A stretch of DNA of 64,000 bases from an uncultured Anaerolineales bacterium (GTDB taxonomy: Bacteria > Chloroflexota > Anaerolineae > Anaerolineales > E44-bin32): NCBI GenBank assembly GCA_965195195.1, contig CBDAFF010000010.1, positions 41,630 to 105,629 on the forward strand. Direction: 5' to 3'. The position numbers were made by a program, and so were the translations under genes. The number at the start of each line of letters is the position of its first letter. Position 1 is the first letter of the stretch. Below, one piece after another: positions 10,115 through 20,812 of the stretch. The notes beneath the pieces were generated by a model. It was not told where the DNA came from and did no database searches. It was given only the letters and a program-made list of their open reading frames with translations.

Positions 10115-10510
10115 CTAAAGGAGCGAGGTGATTTTAATGATTAGCGGGGGACCAAGAATGAGAAGTCCCACGAGAATGGCGACAAGTGAGGAAATCAGGA
10201 CTGCTGCTGCTCCGACATCTTTTCCAACCCGAGCAAGCGGGTGAGTCTCGGGGCTTGCCAGGTCGACGATGGCCTCGAGCGCTGTGTTTAGAAATTCCGC
10301 GACCCAGACTAATCCAATCGTAATAAGGAGTATCGCCCCAGAGAGCCTGTCTAGACCCACCCATATTCCGACTATAAAAACAAGTATTGTAGCGACGGCA
10401 TGAAGCCAGGCATTTCGCTGAGTGCGAATAACGTGCAGCCAGCCTGCAAATGCGTGACGGAAGGAGGCAAGACGGGATTGGGCTCTCTTGGGAGATGTCA
10501 TCCGTTTCAT
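10115..10510 (-). CDS. dgkA: Diacylglycerol/undecaprenol kinase
   Basis: SFRHAFAG, EFLNTALEAIVD and KDVGAAAV motifs; start at an ATGA overlap with the ybeY stop. Confidence 0.9.
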   Translation of the reverse strand: MKRMTSPKRAQSRLASFRHAFAGWLHVIRTQRNAWLHAVATILVFIVGIWVGLDRLSGAILLITIGLVWVAEFLNTALEAIVDLASPETHPLARVGKDVGAAAVLISSLVAILVGLLILGPPLIIKITSLL

Positions 10511-10959
10511 TCCAGGGATTGGATTGTGATTCCTAATTGGTCCAGAATTTGTTCTTGATGAGCCCACATCCGATGCTTGTCCTGTGGGAGAACGTGGTCA
10601 AATCCTAGCAAATGCAATGTGCCATGTACAGCCAGCAACATAAGCTCTTCGTATGTTGAGTGTTTTGCGTGCTTGGCTTGCTCTTGTGCTATCGGCACGG
10701 CAATGATGATGTCACCGAAATACATCAGGTCAAGATCCGGGTCAACGGTGCCGTCGGGGAAGGAGAGCACGTCTGTGGGGATGTCTTTGCCGGAGAATTC
10801 TCGGTTTAATGTCTGCATCTGCTCTCTATCGGTAAGGACGATTGTGAGAGCGCCGCTTTCAGCCTTCTCTGCATCCAACGCGGCAAGCGCTGCACGTTCT
10901 ACTTCAGAGTTATATTCGCTGTATTCGCTGTTGGACTTAACATGAGCCAGATGGGTCAT
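10507..10959 (-). CDS. ybeY: rRNA maturation RNase YbeY
   Basis: PTDVLSF and HGTLHLLGFDH. Confidence 0.95.
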   Translation of the reverse strand: MTHLAHVKSNSEYSEYNSEVERAALAALDAEKAESGALTIVLTDREQMQTLNREFSGKDIPTDVLSFPDGTVDPDLDLMYFGDIIIAVPIAQEQAKHAKHSTYEELMLLAVHGTLHLLGFDHVLPQDKHRMWAHQEQILDQLGITIQSLE

Positions 10960-10970
10960 GAGGGTTCCAT

Positions 10971-13112
10971 CTATGTGGATTGCACAGGTTGCGTATCTTC
11001 CTGGTTTTGAATGTTCTCCGCAGGTGATTTCGGGTACTGGATTCGCGGGTGATAGATGTTTGTAAGTGTCTTAACGAAGGATCGCCGAATGGTAGCTAGA
11101 TCCCGTAAAGTTAGATCCGTTTTGTCGAGTTGTTTTTCTTCCATGCGGTCGCTAATTATCCACTGTACGATCTCATTGATCTCTTCTTCACTTTGGGGTT
11201 TCTTAGCTCGAACGGCAGCTTCCGCGCCATCGGCGAGCATTAGCAACGCTGTCTCTCGAGAACGTGGAACAGGTCCTTTGTAGGTGTAGTCTCGCTTATC
11301 CACTTTTTCAGCATCTCCACCGATAGCTTCGAGTGCTTCGCGATATTGGAAGGAGACTTTCAGCGTTCCATGATGTTCGGCGATGAAGGCTTGGATGCTC
11401 TGCGGGATACGATGTTTGCGCGCCAGTGACAAGCCTTCGGGGACGTGGGAAAGAATGATGTTGGCGCTTGTTTTCGGGTCTAGCTGTTCGTGGATGTTCT
11501 GTCCTGGCACTTGATTCTCAATGAAAAATTGTGGATGAAGGGATTTCCCTACGTCATGATATTGAGCGCCAACGCGGGTGAGCAGGGCATTCACGCCAAT
11601 CTTGCGTGCGGCTTGTTCCGCCAGATTTGCTACTTGAAGACTATGTTGGTAGGTGCCAGGGGCGTCGCGTAGAACTTGTTGTAGAAGCGGATGGTCCGGT
11701 CTAGAGAGTTCAAGCAGCTGCAGATTCGTTGTTATGCCTAAAAGATTGCCAATGATTAGGAGTAAACCAAAACCAAGGCTGGCAGAAAGCAAACCGCTGA
11801 CGAGCGAAGCCACTAAGATGGTTGTCTTGCCAATGACGTCCATGGCGGGATCTGGCAGGCGGAATATAACAATTACAAGGGCAGAACCCATCGCAGCAGC
11901 AAACCCGGCGGTAGTGAACGAACTCAATCGTTCGGCTCGCTTGATCATCAACGAGGCAAGGATTCCACTGATGATGGCATATAGCGCGAGTTCGAGCCCG
12001 CGGGGCGCCAGAAAACCTGCTACGATCCCGATAAGGAGTGAGGTCATCACCCCCAGGCTGGGGCTAAAAAAGACTGTTACCAGAATGGGTAGAGCGGCAT
12101 ACGGGAAGATATAGGGAAACACGGTTCGGCCGGGTATCAGGGCCTGCATGCTAAGGGTGATGATAATGAAGTGCAGGCTAAGCGTAAAGGCGAGATTAGC
12201 CTTGGTTATTTCCTTGGGGTGTATGCGGTAGGCGAAGATCGTGAAAATACCGATCAGAAGAATGACCAATAGAGACCGAATAGCGATCTCAAGCCAAGGG
12301 TTGGGGGGCTTGAGAAGGTCATATTCCACTAGAGCTTCGATTTCAAGGGCTCCGACGACTTCTCCCCGGCTGATGATCGTCTCCCCTTCGACATAGGTTT
12401 TAATAATCGGCTCAACGGATTCTCTGGCCTCAGCTCTGGCGGCTTCCGTGGCCTCAACGTTAAGAATGGCATTAGGAGTAACGAACGGGGGGGCGAGTAC
12501 CTCAACGATCGTTGCTTGATTTTCTGGAAGGGAAATGCTCACTAATGCCGGTATGGTCCTTCTTGCTTCCTCTATTCGACCCTCGCGAATTTCATTGCGC
12601 ATGACTTGCTCAACGACGGTGAGCGTTTCAGATTTTACGGTTTGCCAGTGCACGTCTGACAACTCTAAGATCGAAAGCGAAGTGCCGGTATCCAGACGGA
12701 TATCGGACATTGAGCTCAAGTCGGATAGCTTCTCCTCATTCGTAGAGTAAGGATCGCTGCGGACTGAATCAATGAATGTTAGCGTAGCCTGAAGTCGTTC
12801 TAACTGCCGCCTCGTGATATTTGTGTCCGGTTGGTCATATACCTGTGCCACGCTCTCGCTGGCTGCGGTTCGTTCTCGTTCAGTTAAGACATCGCTGACA
12901 TATGACAAATCATAGAGAGCAAGAATATCTTGGGGGGCGACGTCGCTAACCTGCAAGCCGTACGTCTGAGCGCTGTTGTTAAGGGGAATAGAGAGAGCAG
13001 CGATCGTCCCAATGATTACAAAAAGTAGAATGAACCAAAGACGGGCTGCCGCTAAAGCACTCCGTAAACGTTCTAACGTGGTCAGGTCCGTGCGTGCAGT
13101 ATCGTCCATCAA
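10971..13112 (-). CDS. 7TM-HD membrane phosphohydrolase (PgpH/YqfF-like c-di-AMP phosphodiesterase)
   Basis: Extracellular domain, 7 TM helices, APGTYQHS, YHDVGK, EHHGT, LADGAEA; synteny with ybeY. Confidence 0.88.
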   Translation of the reverse strand: MMDDTARTDLTTLERLRSALAAARLWFILLFVIIGTIAALSIPLNNSAQTYGLQVSDVAPQDILALYDLSYVSDVLTERERTAASESVAQVYDQPDTNITRRQLERLQATLTFIDSVRSDPYSTNEEKLSDLSSMSDIRLDTGTSLSILELSDVHWQTVKSETLTVVEQVMRNEIREGRIEEARRTIPALVSISLPENQATIVEVLAPPFVTPNAILNVEATEAARAEARESVEPIIKTYVEGETIISRGEVVGALEIEALVEYDLLKPPNPWLEIAIRSLLVILLIGIFTIFAYRIHPKEITKANLAFTLSLHFIIITLSMQALIPGRTVFPYIFPYAALPILVTVFFSPSLGVMTSLLIGIVAGFLAPRGLELALYAIISGILASLMIKRAERLSSFTTAGFAAAMGSALVIVIFRLPDPAMDVIGKTTILVASLVSGLLSASLGFGLLLIIGNLLGITTNLQLLELSRPDHPLLQQVLRDAPGTYQHSLQVANLAEQAARKIGVNALLTRVGAQYHDVGKSLHPQFFIENQVPGQNIHEQLDPKTSANIILSHVPEGLSLARKHRIPQSIQAFIAEHHGTLKVSFQYREALEAIGGDAEKVDKRDYTYKGPVPRSRETALLMLADGAEAAVRAKKPQSEEEINEIVQWIISDRMEEKQLDKTDLTLRDLATIRRSFVKTLTNIYHPRIQYPKSPAENIQNQEDTQPVQST

Positions 13113-13567
13113 TCCTTCTGTGGGGGTGAGAGAAGCTCACGGACGAGGTCGCTGGCTATTTTCCCGTCAGCCCGTCCTTGAATCTGAGGCATAAGGACCT
13201 TCATAACTTTGCCCAAATCCTGAGGATCGGATGCACCAACTTCCTCGATTGCTCGTTGAACGATCTCTCTGAGCTCATCCTCCCCGAGAGGTTGGGGAAG
13301 ATAAACCTGTAGAATTTCGATCTCTGCAAGCGTGGAAACGAGGAGATCATCTCGCCCTGCTTGCTTGGCTTCTTCAATGGTCTCCTGACGGGATTTCACT
13401 TCCCGCTGGATGATCCCCAGGATGGTCGCTTCATCGAGATTGTCTTGACGTTCGATCTCGACGAGTTTAATGGCGGAAAGGACCATGCGCAAAGACCGTT
13501 TCCGCACATCATCCTTTGAGCGCATCGCTTCTTTGAGGTCTGCTTCGAGAATCTCTTTGTTTACCAT
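13109..13567 (-). CDS. yqeY: GatB/YqeY domain protein
   Basis: DLKEAMRSKD...EIEILQVYLP...DLGKVM...GRADG. Confidence 0.92.
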   Translation of the reverse strand: MVNKEILEADLKEAMRSKDDVRKRSLRMVLSAIKLVEIERQDNLDEATILGIIQREVKSRQETIEEAKQAGRDDLLVSTLAEIEILQVYLPQPLGEDELREIVQRAIEEVGASDPQDLGKVMKVLMPQIQGRADGKIASDLVRELLSPPQKD

Positions 13568-13848
13568 GCGTCCATTATACCTATGGTTTTTCATCATTGT
13601 GAAGGCTTGTGCGGGTTTCTTATTAGTCTGCGCATAGCCATATAGGGATTTCTTAGGAATTCAGAGGGCTATTTTGCAGGCTCGTCTGCAGCCGATAATC
13701 GTGAAGTTGACGTATTGATGTTCAAGGGAACGCCATCATGAAACTGTCTAGCCATAAGATTCAGAAAGAGCGTGACCGCCGCGGTAAATATGGAGGTTAA
13801 TCTGAGTATAAAATCAGGTCAAATTGGAAATCTTCCGCGGAAGACTAA

Positions 13849-15138
13849 TCACGCGCTGAGGTTCGTGATGATTCGCCCTTGCAGGTCTCCTTTTACAGGA
13901 CGGATAATTTCCACATCTGAGATCTGATTCCAGCGGTCTTCATCGTCGCTCGCTTTTATCCGCAGGTAGTTACCCGTCAGTCCAGAAAGATGCCAGCCAG
14001 TCTCTCCGAGGTCGGTGGTGCTCTCCCAGAGAACGGGCAAGATTTGCCCGATAAATAATTGGTGATAGTGCTCTGCAGATCGTGCGAATGCCGCTCTCAT
14101 AACCACGCTGCGTTCACGGCGTACAGAACTTGGGACGACATGATCGAAACCGGCAGCTGGAGTGCCCTCACGTTCGGAGTAAGTGAACACATGACCACCA
14201 GCAAAATTCATCGCCTCAACGAAGGCAAGACTATCATCGAACTCCTCTTCCGTTTCACCAGGGAAACCGACGATGATATCTGTTGTTATCGCAACATCTG
14301 GGATCGCTGCCCGGGCTGTTGTCATTAGATTCGAGAAATCAACTCGCGACGTTTTCCTTGCCATGCGGCGAAGTGTGGCATCGGAGCCGGATTGCAGAGG
14401 AAGATGTAGGTGACGGCAAAGTCTGGAGTCTTGCCAGAGTGAGAAGAAGTTTACGTCTAAGTTCCAGGGCTCAAGAGAGGACAGCCGCAAGCGTGGAATG
14501 TTCGTCTCTTTTAATATGAGCTGGATCAGGTCTCGTAAACTATTGCCTTGGTCCAGGTCTTTTCCCCAGGATCCAAGATGGACGCCGCAGAGCACAATCT
14601 CTTGGCTCCCACCTCGGAGAGCGGCGCGGACCTCCTTCAATACTGTTGCCGTTGGGATGCTTACTGCCGAGCCGCGCGCTACAGTCGTAACGCAGAATGC
14701 ACAACGATTATTGCAGCCATCCTGGACCTTAATGAACGCCCTCGTTCGCATTCTCGATCCGGGAAGTGGTTCGCGTTGAAGCGGCTCTCGATTAAATAGC
14801 TCGGGCGGCTGGCCAAGGAGATCTGCGACGAGACGGCTCTTGTCATCGTTTTTCACAACGCGTGTGACTTTTGGAAGCTCGAGGGCGCTATGTTCTTTCA
14901 GCGTAGCCCAGCACCCGGTGAGGATAATTTGATTGACTCCTGCTCTCGCAGCCCGTCGTGTTTTCTGTCTTGAATCCGCGTCCGCTCGTCGAGTAACTGT
15001 ACAGGTATTGATCACGGCCAGATCGGCTTGAGTCGGATCGCCTACGAGTTCACACCCGGCCAGCCGGAAATCGCGACCGATGCGCTCTATCTCACTTTGG
15101 TTTAGACGGCAGCCAACGCTGTCGAGAAACACTTTCAT
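13849..15138 (-). CDS. mtaB: tRNA t6A37 methylthiotransferase
   Basis: GCRLNQSE, NTCTVT, KVQDGCNNRCAFC radical SAM motif, HVFTYSEREGT, TRAM tail. Confidence 0.9.
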   Translation of the reverse strand: MKVFLDSVGCRLNQSEIERIGRDFRLAGCELVGDPTQADLAVINTCTVTRRADADSRQKTRRAARAGVNQIILTGCWATLKEHSALELPKVTRVVKNDDKSRLVADLLGQPPELFNREPLQREPLPGSRMRTRAFIKVQDGCNNRCAFCVTTVARGSAVSIPTATVLKEVRAALRGGSQEIVLCGVHLGSWGKDLDQGNSLRDLIQLILKETNIPRLRLSSLEPWNLDVNFFSLWQDSRLCRHLHLPLQSGSDATLRRMARKTSRVDFSNLMTTARAAIPDVAITTDIIVGFPGETEEEFDDSLAFVEAMNFAGGHVFTYSEREGTPAAGFDHVVPSSVRRERSVVMRAAFARSAEHYHQLFIGQILPVLWESTTDLGETGWHLSGLTGNYLRIKASDDEDRWNQISDVEIIRPVKGDLQGRIITNLSA

Positions 15139-15156
15139 GGATGGTTTTATTCAACC

Positions 15157-15807
15157 TCAGGGTTGTACTGTAGAGAAATTATCAAAACGTATTTCGACGT
15201 CGGGGTCTGTGTAAGTGCTGGCGATCAATCCCACGTCGCCCGAGCGTATGTTTTCAACGACGGCCTCGGCCACACGTGAGTTGTTCACATATAAGGTCAG
15301 GCGATCCCCGACACACTCTGCCTGGATGAAATTCCCCTCATCCCCCTTGTGTACGGCATCTGTCGGGAGCAATGATTCATCGCTTAGGAGTGTTTTCTCG
15401 CCATCTATATAATTTCCTATGCCGGCGAAACCATCGCTCGATATGAGGAAGAAGATGAAATTGCTTGGATTCTCATATCTACAGATAACGCCGTAAGCAT
15501 TATCTTCCGGCCCCTTAACTCTTTCGGCCTCTACGCTTATCCAAACATCTTGGAAGGATAACTTGGGCAGGCTCCAAGCGACGGTCTCCGGAGCAAAAAT
15601 CTCAATGTGATATGTACCATCCTGGTAATCTGCTCGATAGACATCATCCTGGTATCGATCCCAGCCGCTTGAAGTGCGAGAGAAGTCGTCTTGGAATAGA
15701 ACTTCACCCGGACCAGCTGGAGGATACAGCCAATTGCATCCTCCAAGGTAGATTGAGAAAACCGCGATCAGGCTCGCGGTGAAGGAGATTCTGCGCATTA
15801 GTATCAC
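15157..15807 (-). CDS. Lipoprotein with a concanavalin/DUF1080-like beta-sandwich
   Basis: Lipobox LGGC; FQDDFS...W, YGVICR, GDVGL...FDNF pattern. Confidence 0.65.
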   Translation of the reverse strand: MILMRRISFTASLIAVFSIYLGGCNWLYPPAGPGEVLFQDDFSRTSSGWDRYQDDVYRADYQDGTYHIEIFAPETVAWSLPKLSFQDVWISVEAERVKGPEDNAYGVICRYENPSNFIFFLISSDGFAGIGNYIDGEKTLLSDESLLPTDAVHKGDEGNFIQAECVGDRLTLYVNNSRVAEAVVENIRSGDVGLIASTYTDPDVEIRFDNFSTVQP

Positions 15808-15906
15808 TTTCTTTCACCTAGGCGCATTCTAGCACAGCCTATTCAATTGCAACGAGGTTAGATGGAGGATCTCAGCAAACTTGAATCCGGCAACGAACGA
15901 CAATTT

Positions 15907-17328
15907 TTATCGAACAGCCAATTCAAGCCAGCGTTTTGCGAGCATTTGATAACGTTCAGGTGCGTTCAGAGAGGAGGCGAGCTGCATGGCAGCCCATGCC
16001 CCACTTCTGTTTCCCTGAGCGTCGAATAACAAACCCAGATAATACTGAGTTTGTGCGTTCGATGGATCCAACGTAATGGCTCGCCAGAGAAGGCGTTCTG
16101 CCAGAATGTGATTGCCGAGTAGAAAATGGGTGTAGGCCAGCTCGGCAAGAGGGGCTGTTTCTCTTGTGCTTAATGCAACTGCATTTCGAGCCGCAGGAAG
16201 CGCAAGAGTAGGGATATCTACTTCATATTGATTGGAGAATCTCGCCAGCAAGAGCCAGAAGGCGGGATTTTTTGGATCGAGGTCTGCAGCCTGGCGGTAG
16301 GCGGCGGATGCAGCCAGGAGATCTCCAAGCCTAATATATATCTCACCTAATTGTGCAGCAATTGCCGGATTGAGCGGGTCGAGTTGAGCAGCAACGGTCA
16401 AGGCATCTCTCGCCTGTTCCTCCTCGCCTGCATTGAGCCAATGAAGGGCCAGAAAGACCTGCGGTAGGGATTGGTCAGGCAGCGCGTCGGCAGCGGCAAG
16501 CAGATCATTCAACCCGTTCTGCCCAATTTGGTCCTTTGATAAACCCAGATAGGCTCGAGCCTCATGGATATCGGGATCTATTTCCAGCAATCTTTCAAGA
16601 GAGGAGTTCGCCAATTTCCATCTACCCTGACGGGCGAAGATCTGCCCCACCTGTGCCAGAGTGTAAGTGGGAGATGGTTCGTTAGCAGAACCCTCGATCG
16701 CAAGAATGAGGTCGATTGCCAGCGGAGGTGTTTGATCTGCTCTCTGGGCGAGCGCATGAAGGAGCGGCAGAGAATCTACGGGCGTCAAAGCCGCTTTGGC
16801 ATATGCGTAAGCCTCCTCCGTCTCCGTATTGAGCGATGTTGTCATGGCCAGCGCCTCAAAGATCGGAAGTGCCTCGCCGAGGTCGTCGTTGGAAGCAAGA
16901 CGTTCAAGTGCAAGGTGCTCGATCTCCGAGATCGATTCCGGGCAATCTCTGATCAGGCCTTGCCAGGCATTGCCTAGCCCAGCGGTCTCTCCGGCGCGGA
17001 TGTTTACCCTTTGACGGAGGCAATAGGCTTCCCTGCTCTGCAAGTTGTGGACTTCTAGCGCGTCTAAATGAGCGCTGGCTGTACCCACATCATCGATATC
17101 TAAAGCCAGCTCGGCAACTTTCAGGTGCAATCCCGCAAGTGCTTTCTCAAACTTTATCGCATATTCGAGCTGCTCGATGGCGATCTCGAGATTCCCAGCC
17201 TTAAGGTTTGCCTGTGCTGTTTGCAGGGGATGGAGCAAGGGTTGCGCGATCGGTGACGGCGAGAGCACAAGGAGAAGAAGGATCGTGATGGTCAGCGCTT
17301 GCCAATGCCGGCGGAGTTTTTCAAGCAT
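15907..17328 (-). CDS. Tetratricopeptide repeat protein, N-terminally anchored
   Basis: Multiple TPR motifs (AAQLDPLN, AADLDPKN, AITLDPSN); hydrophobic N-terminus. Confidence 0.85.
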   Translation of the reverse strand: MLEKLRRHWQALTITILLLLVLSPSPIAQPLLHPLQTAQANLKAGNLEIAIEQLEYAIKFEKALAGLHLKVAELALDIDDVGTASAHLDALEVHNLQSREAYCLRQRVNIRAGETAGLGNAWQGLIRDCPESISEIEHLALERLASNDDLGEALPIFEALAMTTSLNTETEEAYAYAKAALTPVDSLPLLHALAQRADQTPPLAIDLILAIEGSANEPSPTYTLAQVGQIFARQGRWKLANSSLERLLEIDPDIHEARAYLGLSKDQIGQNGLNDLLAAADALPDQSLPQVFLALHWLNAGEEEQARDALTVAAQLDPLNPAIAAQLGEIYIRLGDLLAASAAYRQAADLDPKNPAFWLLLARFSNQYEVDIPTLALPAARNAVALSTRETAPLAELAYTHFLLGNHILAERLLWRAITLDPSNAQTQYYLGLLFDAQGNRSGAWAAMQLASSLNAPERYQMLAKRWLELAVR

Positions 17329-17554
17329 GATTAATCCCAGTGTATTACGGCTGAATTATAGACCGAGATAGGGAGAGCGGATATTTCTTATATTTACCGT
17401 TAAGGGTTGAAACCCATGAAGTGAAGCCTAAATGGGATGAACCTCCCGTTGTGGTGTGATAATGGACACTAATACTCTTCGAATCCACAAGATAGGTTGT
17501 CTCGCCAAGTTTGAGCGTCTATAATCGAGACACGTTTTTCCAGAGGTAGAGTGG

Positions 17555-18763
17555 ATGGATTTTCGTCTCACGACGGAACATGAAATGGTGCAGAAAATGG
17601 TCCGTGATTTCGCCCGTAAGGAGGTCGCGCCCACCATCAAAGAAGCCGACCGGGAACAAGAAATGGCCGCTCACGTCCTGCCCAGGATGGGGGAGTTGGG
17701 CATTCTTGGCATCTGCATCCCAGTGCGTTACGGTGGGCAAGGGATGGACTATATCTCATTGGGTTTGGCAAGCGAAGAACTTGAGGTAATCGATACCACT
17801 TTGCGAGTTGTGATGTCTGTTCACAATGGTTTAGCTGGCATGACTCTCTTCCAGTGGGGAACTGAAGAACAAAAAAATAAGTACCTCGTCCCTCTCTCGC
17901 GTGGGGAGAAAATTGGCTGTGGGGCGTTCTCAGAACCTGGCGCTGGTTCGGATTTTGCGAATATACTGATGACGGGCAAGCGGGACGGAGATGAGTACAT
18001 CCTGAATGGCGAGAAGATGTGGATCTCACTCGCAACCAAAGCGGATTTGGCTGTCGTAACGGTTCGGACCAAATCCGATGTGGCGAAACCCAGCACGGGG
18101 CTTACTACATTTATTGTTGAGCTGGATCGACCTGGGGTTTCACGCGGGGACATCCACGGGAAACTAGGCGTGCGTGCCGGGTCTACAGGATGGATTTCAT
18201 TCCAGGATGTGCGTGTGCCGCTTGAGAATCGAATTGGGGAAGAGGGCGAGGGATTCAAAGTCACGATGACTGCTTTCGACCATGGTCGGTACACGGTTGC
18301 CGCAGGCGCGACAGGATTAATTCGCGCCTCTCTTGAGGCCAGTGTGGCCTACGCGAAAGAGCGAAAATCCTTTGGAAAACCAATCGCTCACCATCAACTT
18401 ATCCAGGAGAAGATCGCACGCATGACGCGCGACTATGAGATCGCGCGTTTACTTTATTTGAAAGCCGGTTGGATGAAGAACGAGGGAGTGCGCAATACCT
18501 TTGAGACCTCCATCGCAAAACACTTCGCAACGGAGGCATCCTTTCATGCCGCATCTGAAGCAATTCAGATCCATGGGGCTTATGGATTCAGTGATGAATA
18601 CGATGTGGAGCGATTCATGCGCAATGCGCGCGGGGCTATGATTTATGAGGGCAGCAGTGAAATCCAGTCTTTAATCCAGGCGGATTATGCGTTGGGGTAT
18701 CGCAAAGATAAAGCAGTCCGATGTGAGCTTCCGGCGTATGACCCGCAAGCGCGGCAGTCATAG
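17555..18763 (+). CDS. Acyl-CoA dehydrogenase (short/branched-chain type)
   Basis: SEPGAGSD, LNGEKMWIS, QIHGAYG, IYEGSSEIQ. Confidence 0.95.
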   Translation: MDFRLTTEHEMVQKMVRDFARKEVAPTIKEADREQEMAAHVLPRMGELGILGICIPVRYGGQGMDYISLGLASEELEVIDTTLRVVMSVHNGLAGMTLFQWGTEEQKNKYLVPLSRGEKIGCGAFSEPGAGSDFANILMTGKRDGDEYILNGEKMWISLATKADLAVVTVRTKSDVAKPSTGLTTFIVELDRPGVSRGDIHGKLGVRAGSTGWISFQDVRVPLENRIGEEGEGFKVTMTAFDHGRYTVAAGATGLIRASLEASVAYAKERKSFGKPIAHHQLIQEKIARMTRDYEIARLLYLKAGWMKNEGVRNTFETSIAKHFATEASFHAASEAIQIHGAYGFSDEYDVERFMRNARGAMIYEGSSEIQSLIQADYALGYRKDKAVRCELPAYDPQARQS

Positions 18764-18829
18764 GCAATCGACAAGCTGCTGTTAAGACGTGAGATCGTGA
18801 AAAAACGTTTCTAAGATAAGGAGGAACCC

Positions 18830-19612
18830 TTGAATATCGTTGTCTGTGTAAAACAAACTCCCGATACAGCCGCAACGGTCACCGTTGAAGACGGGAAAAT
18901 TTCCTGGGGGGATGCGCCCTTGGTGTTAAATCCCTGGGATGAATTTGCCGTCGAAGAGGCTCTGCGCTTGAAGGAAGCGCATGGTGGTGAAGTTACGGCG
19001 ATCAGCCTTGGCCCTGAAGATGCCAAGGAAGCTCTTAAACAATCGCTGGCGATGGGGTGTGAGAACGCAATCCTCGTGAGCGATCCTTCATTTGCCGGCC
19101 TCGATTCACTGCAGGTCTCCAAAGTGCTTGCAGCGGCTATTGAGAAAGTCGGCGAGGTGGATCTCGTCTTCTTCGGCAGATCCTCGGTAGATACCGATTC
19201 GGGTATAACAGGTTCGCAGGTCGCACGTCGATTGGGCTGGCCGTCGTTATCGCTCGTTGCGGTGATTAACTCCCTGGATCCTGAAAGCAAGCAGTTGGAA
19301 GTAGAGCGGATGTTGGATGAGGGCCGGCAGCAGGTAGCGGCTTCGTTCCCCGCCGTAATCTCCGTCGTTAAGGAGATCAACGAACCCCGATATCCATCCT
19401 TCATGGGGATTCGGAAGGCATCAAAAGCGGAGATTCCGATCTGGTCCGCTGCAGAGTTAGGTGTTGAAGGGGACTTGGAGTCGGCGCTTACCTGGCCTGA
19501 TGTTTACGCTATACCGAAAGTCGAGACAGAATGTGAATTCGTAGAGGGGGAAACCCCTGAGGAGATCGCTGCGAAGTTAGTTGATCGCCTAATAGAAGAG
19601 AAGGTGGTCTGA
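18830..19612 (+). CDS. etfB: Electron transfer flavoprotein beta subunit
   Basis: VCVKQTPD, NPWDEFAVEEA, INEPRYPS. Confidence 0.95.
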   Translation: MNIVVCVKQTPDTAATVTVEDGKISWGDAPLVLNPWDEFAVEEALRLKEAHGGEVTAISLGPEDAKEALKQSLAMGCENAILVSDPSFAGLDSLQVSKVLAAAIEKVGEVDLVFFGRSSVDTDSGITGSQVARRLGWPSLSLVAVINSLDPESKQLEVERMLDEGRQQVAASFPAVISVVKEINEPRYPSFMGIRKASKAEIPIWSAAELGVEGDLESALTWPDVYAIPKVETECEFVEGETPEEIAAKLVDRLIEEKVV

Positions 19613-20649
19613 TGGCTAATAAAGTTCTCGTTTACGTAGATCACTTCAAGGGTGAGGCTTTGCCTGCTTCTTGGGAAGCGATTGGGGCAGCCCGAAAGAT
19701 TGCTGACTCCCTCGGTTTGGGAGTCACGGCGGTCATTGTTGGGCAGGATGTTCAGCCGCTTGCCAAGCAGGCGATCGAGTATGGTGCAGACGACGCAGTC
19801 GTTGCAGAGAACCCCGCGCTGGCGGAGTTCCAGCCAGAACCCTATGCAGATGTGCTCTCAAAAGCAGCTGCTGAGGCGGAGGTGCTTCTCCTGCCCACCT
19901 CAGGGCGGACGCGTGAGCTCGCAGCAATGGTCGCTGTGGACCTCGAGACAGGCATGGCGCCAGATGTGATCGAGATTGCTGTCGATGGCGGATTGGTGCT
20001 GGCCACTCGCCCGATTTACGCTGGCAAACTACTTTCTAAAGTGGTTATAAAAGAACGCAAGCCGCAGATTCTAACAACGCGAAGCCGTGCATTCCCAAAA
20101 CCAGAGCCTGATGCAAGCCGCAGCGGGGAGGTCACAAGCCTCGAGTTCGAGGTCGGAGATGTTCCCTCCGAGGTTCTTGGTTATAAAGAAGCGGCAGGGG
20201 GAGTGAGTCTGACGGATGCGGCAGTCATCGTCTCCGGGGGGCGCGGGGTTTCGAACAATCCCAGCCTAACTCCCCCGGATGAGATTACTGACGAAAAGGA
20301 GCAGGAGATCTGGCGTGCTCAACAGGGATTCGGGCTCGTAGGTGATCTTGCTGGCGTTCTCAACGCAGCTATGGGGGCGAGTCGTGCGGCGGTTGATGCG
20401 GGCTATATCCCTTATGCCAATCAAGTAGGGCAAACCGGGAAAGTCGTCTCACCCGATCTGTACATCGCCAATGGGATATCCGGCGCCATTCAACACCTTG
20501 CCGGGATGCGTACATCTAAAACGATCGTTGCTGTTAATAAGGACCCTGAAGCGCCGATCTTCAAGCTGGCGCGCTTTGGTGTTGTCGGCGATCTGTTTGA
20601 TGTTGTCCCTGCGCTCACTGCAGCCTTCAAGGAGCGACTCGGTAAATAG
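19612..20649 (+). CDS. etfA: Electron transfer flavoprotein alpha subunit
   Basis: VSGGRG, GASRAAVD, QVGQTGK, GISGAIQH. Confidence 0.95.
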   Translation: MANKVLVYVDHFKGEALPASWEAIGAARKIADSLGLGVTAVIVGQDVQPLAKQAIEYGADDAVVAENPALAEFQPEPYADVLSKAAAEAEVLLLPTSGRTRELAAMVAVDLETGMAPDVIEIAVDGGLVLATRPIYAGKLLSKVVIKERKPQILTTRSRAFPKPEPDASRSGEVTSLEFEVGDVPSEVLGYKEAAGGVSLTDAAVIVSGGRGVSNNPSLTPPDEITDEKEQEIWRAQQGFGLVGDLAGVLNAAMGASRAAVDAGYIPYANQVGQTGKVVSPDLYIANGISGAIQHLAGMRTSKTIVAVNKDPEAPIFKLARFGVVGDLFDVVPALTAAFKERLGK

Positions 20650-20678
20650 CGATAGTTGCGAATATGTGAGTGTGACTT

Positions 20679-20710
20679 TGCAGGGGCGCAGCTTATGCGC
20701 CCCTGCATTT
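20679..20710 (+). terminator. Hairpin after etfA (terminator or REP-like)
   Basis: TGCAGGGGCGCA-GCTTA-TGCGCCCCTGCA followed by TTT. Confidence 0.7.
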
Positions 20711-20812
20711 GTTAAGTCTTTGACGGCGCTATCAATTACAGGCAGAATGTATACATCTTCGACGTTCCGGCCTTCATTTTCGTATGGGCATCTTTGAGGT
20801 AAGCGTGATCGG

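Noticed and set aside
20700-20706. CCCCTGC match to the tRNA-Arg 3' end as a possible att site
   Set aside because: Only 7 bp and part of a hairpin; expected by chance
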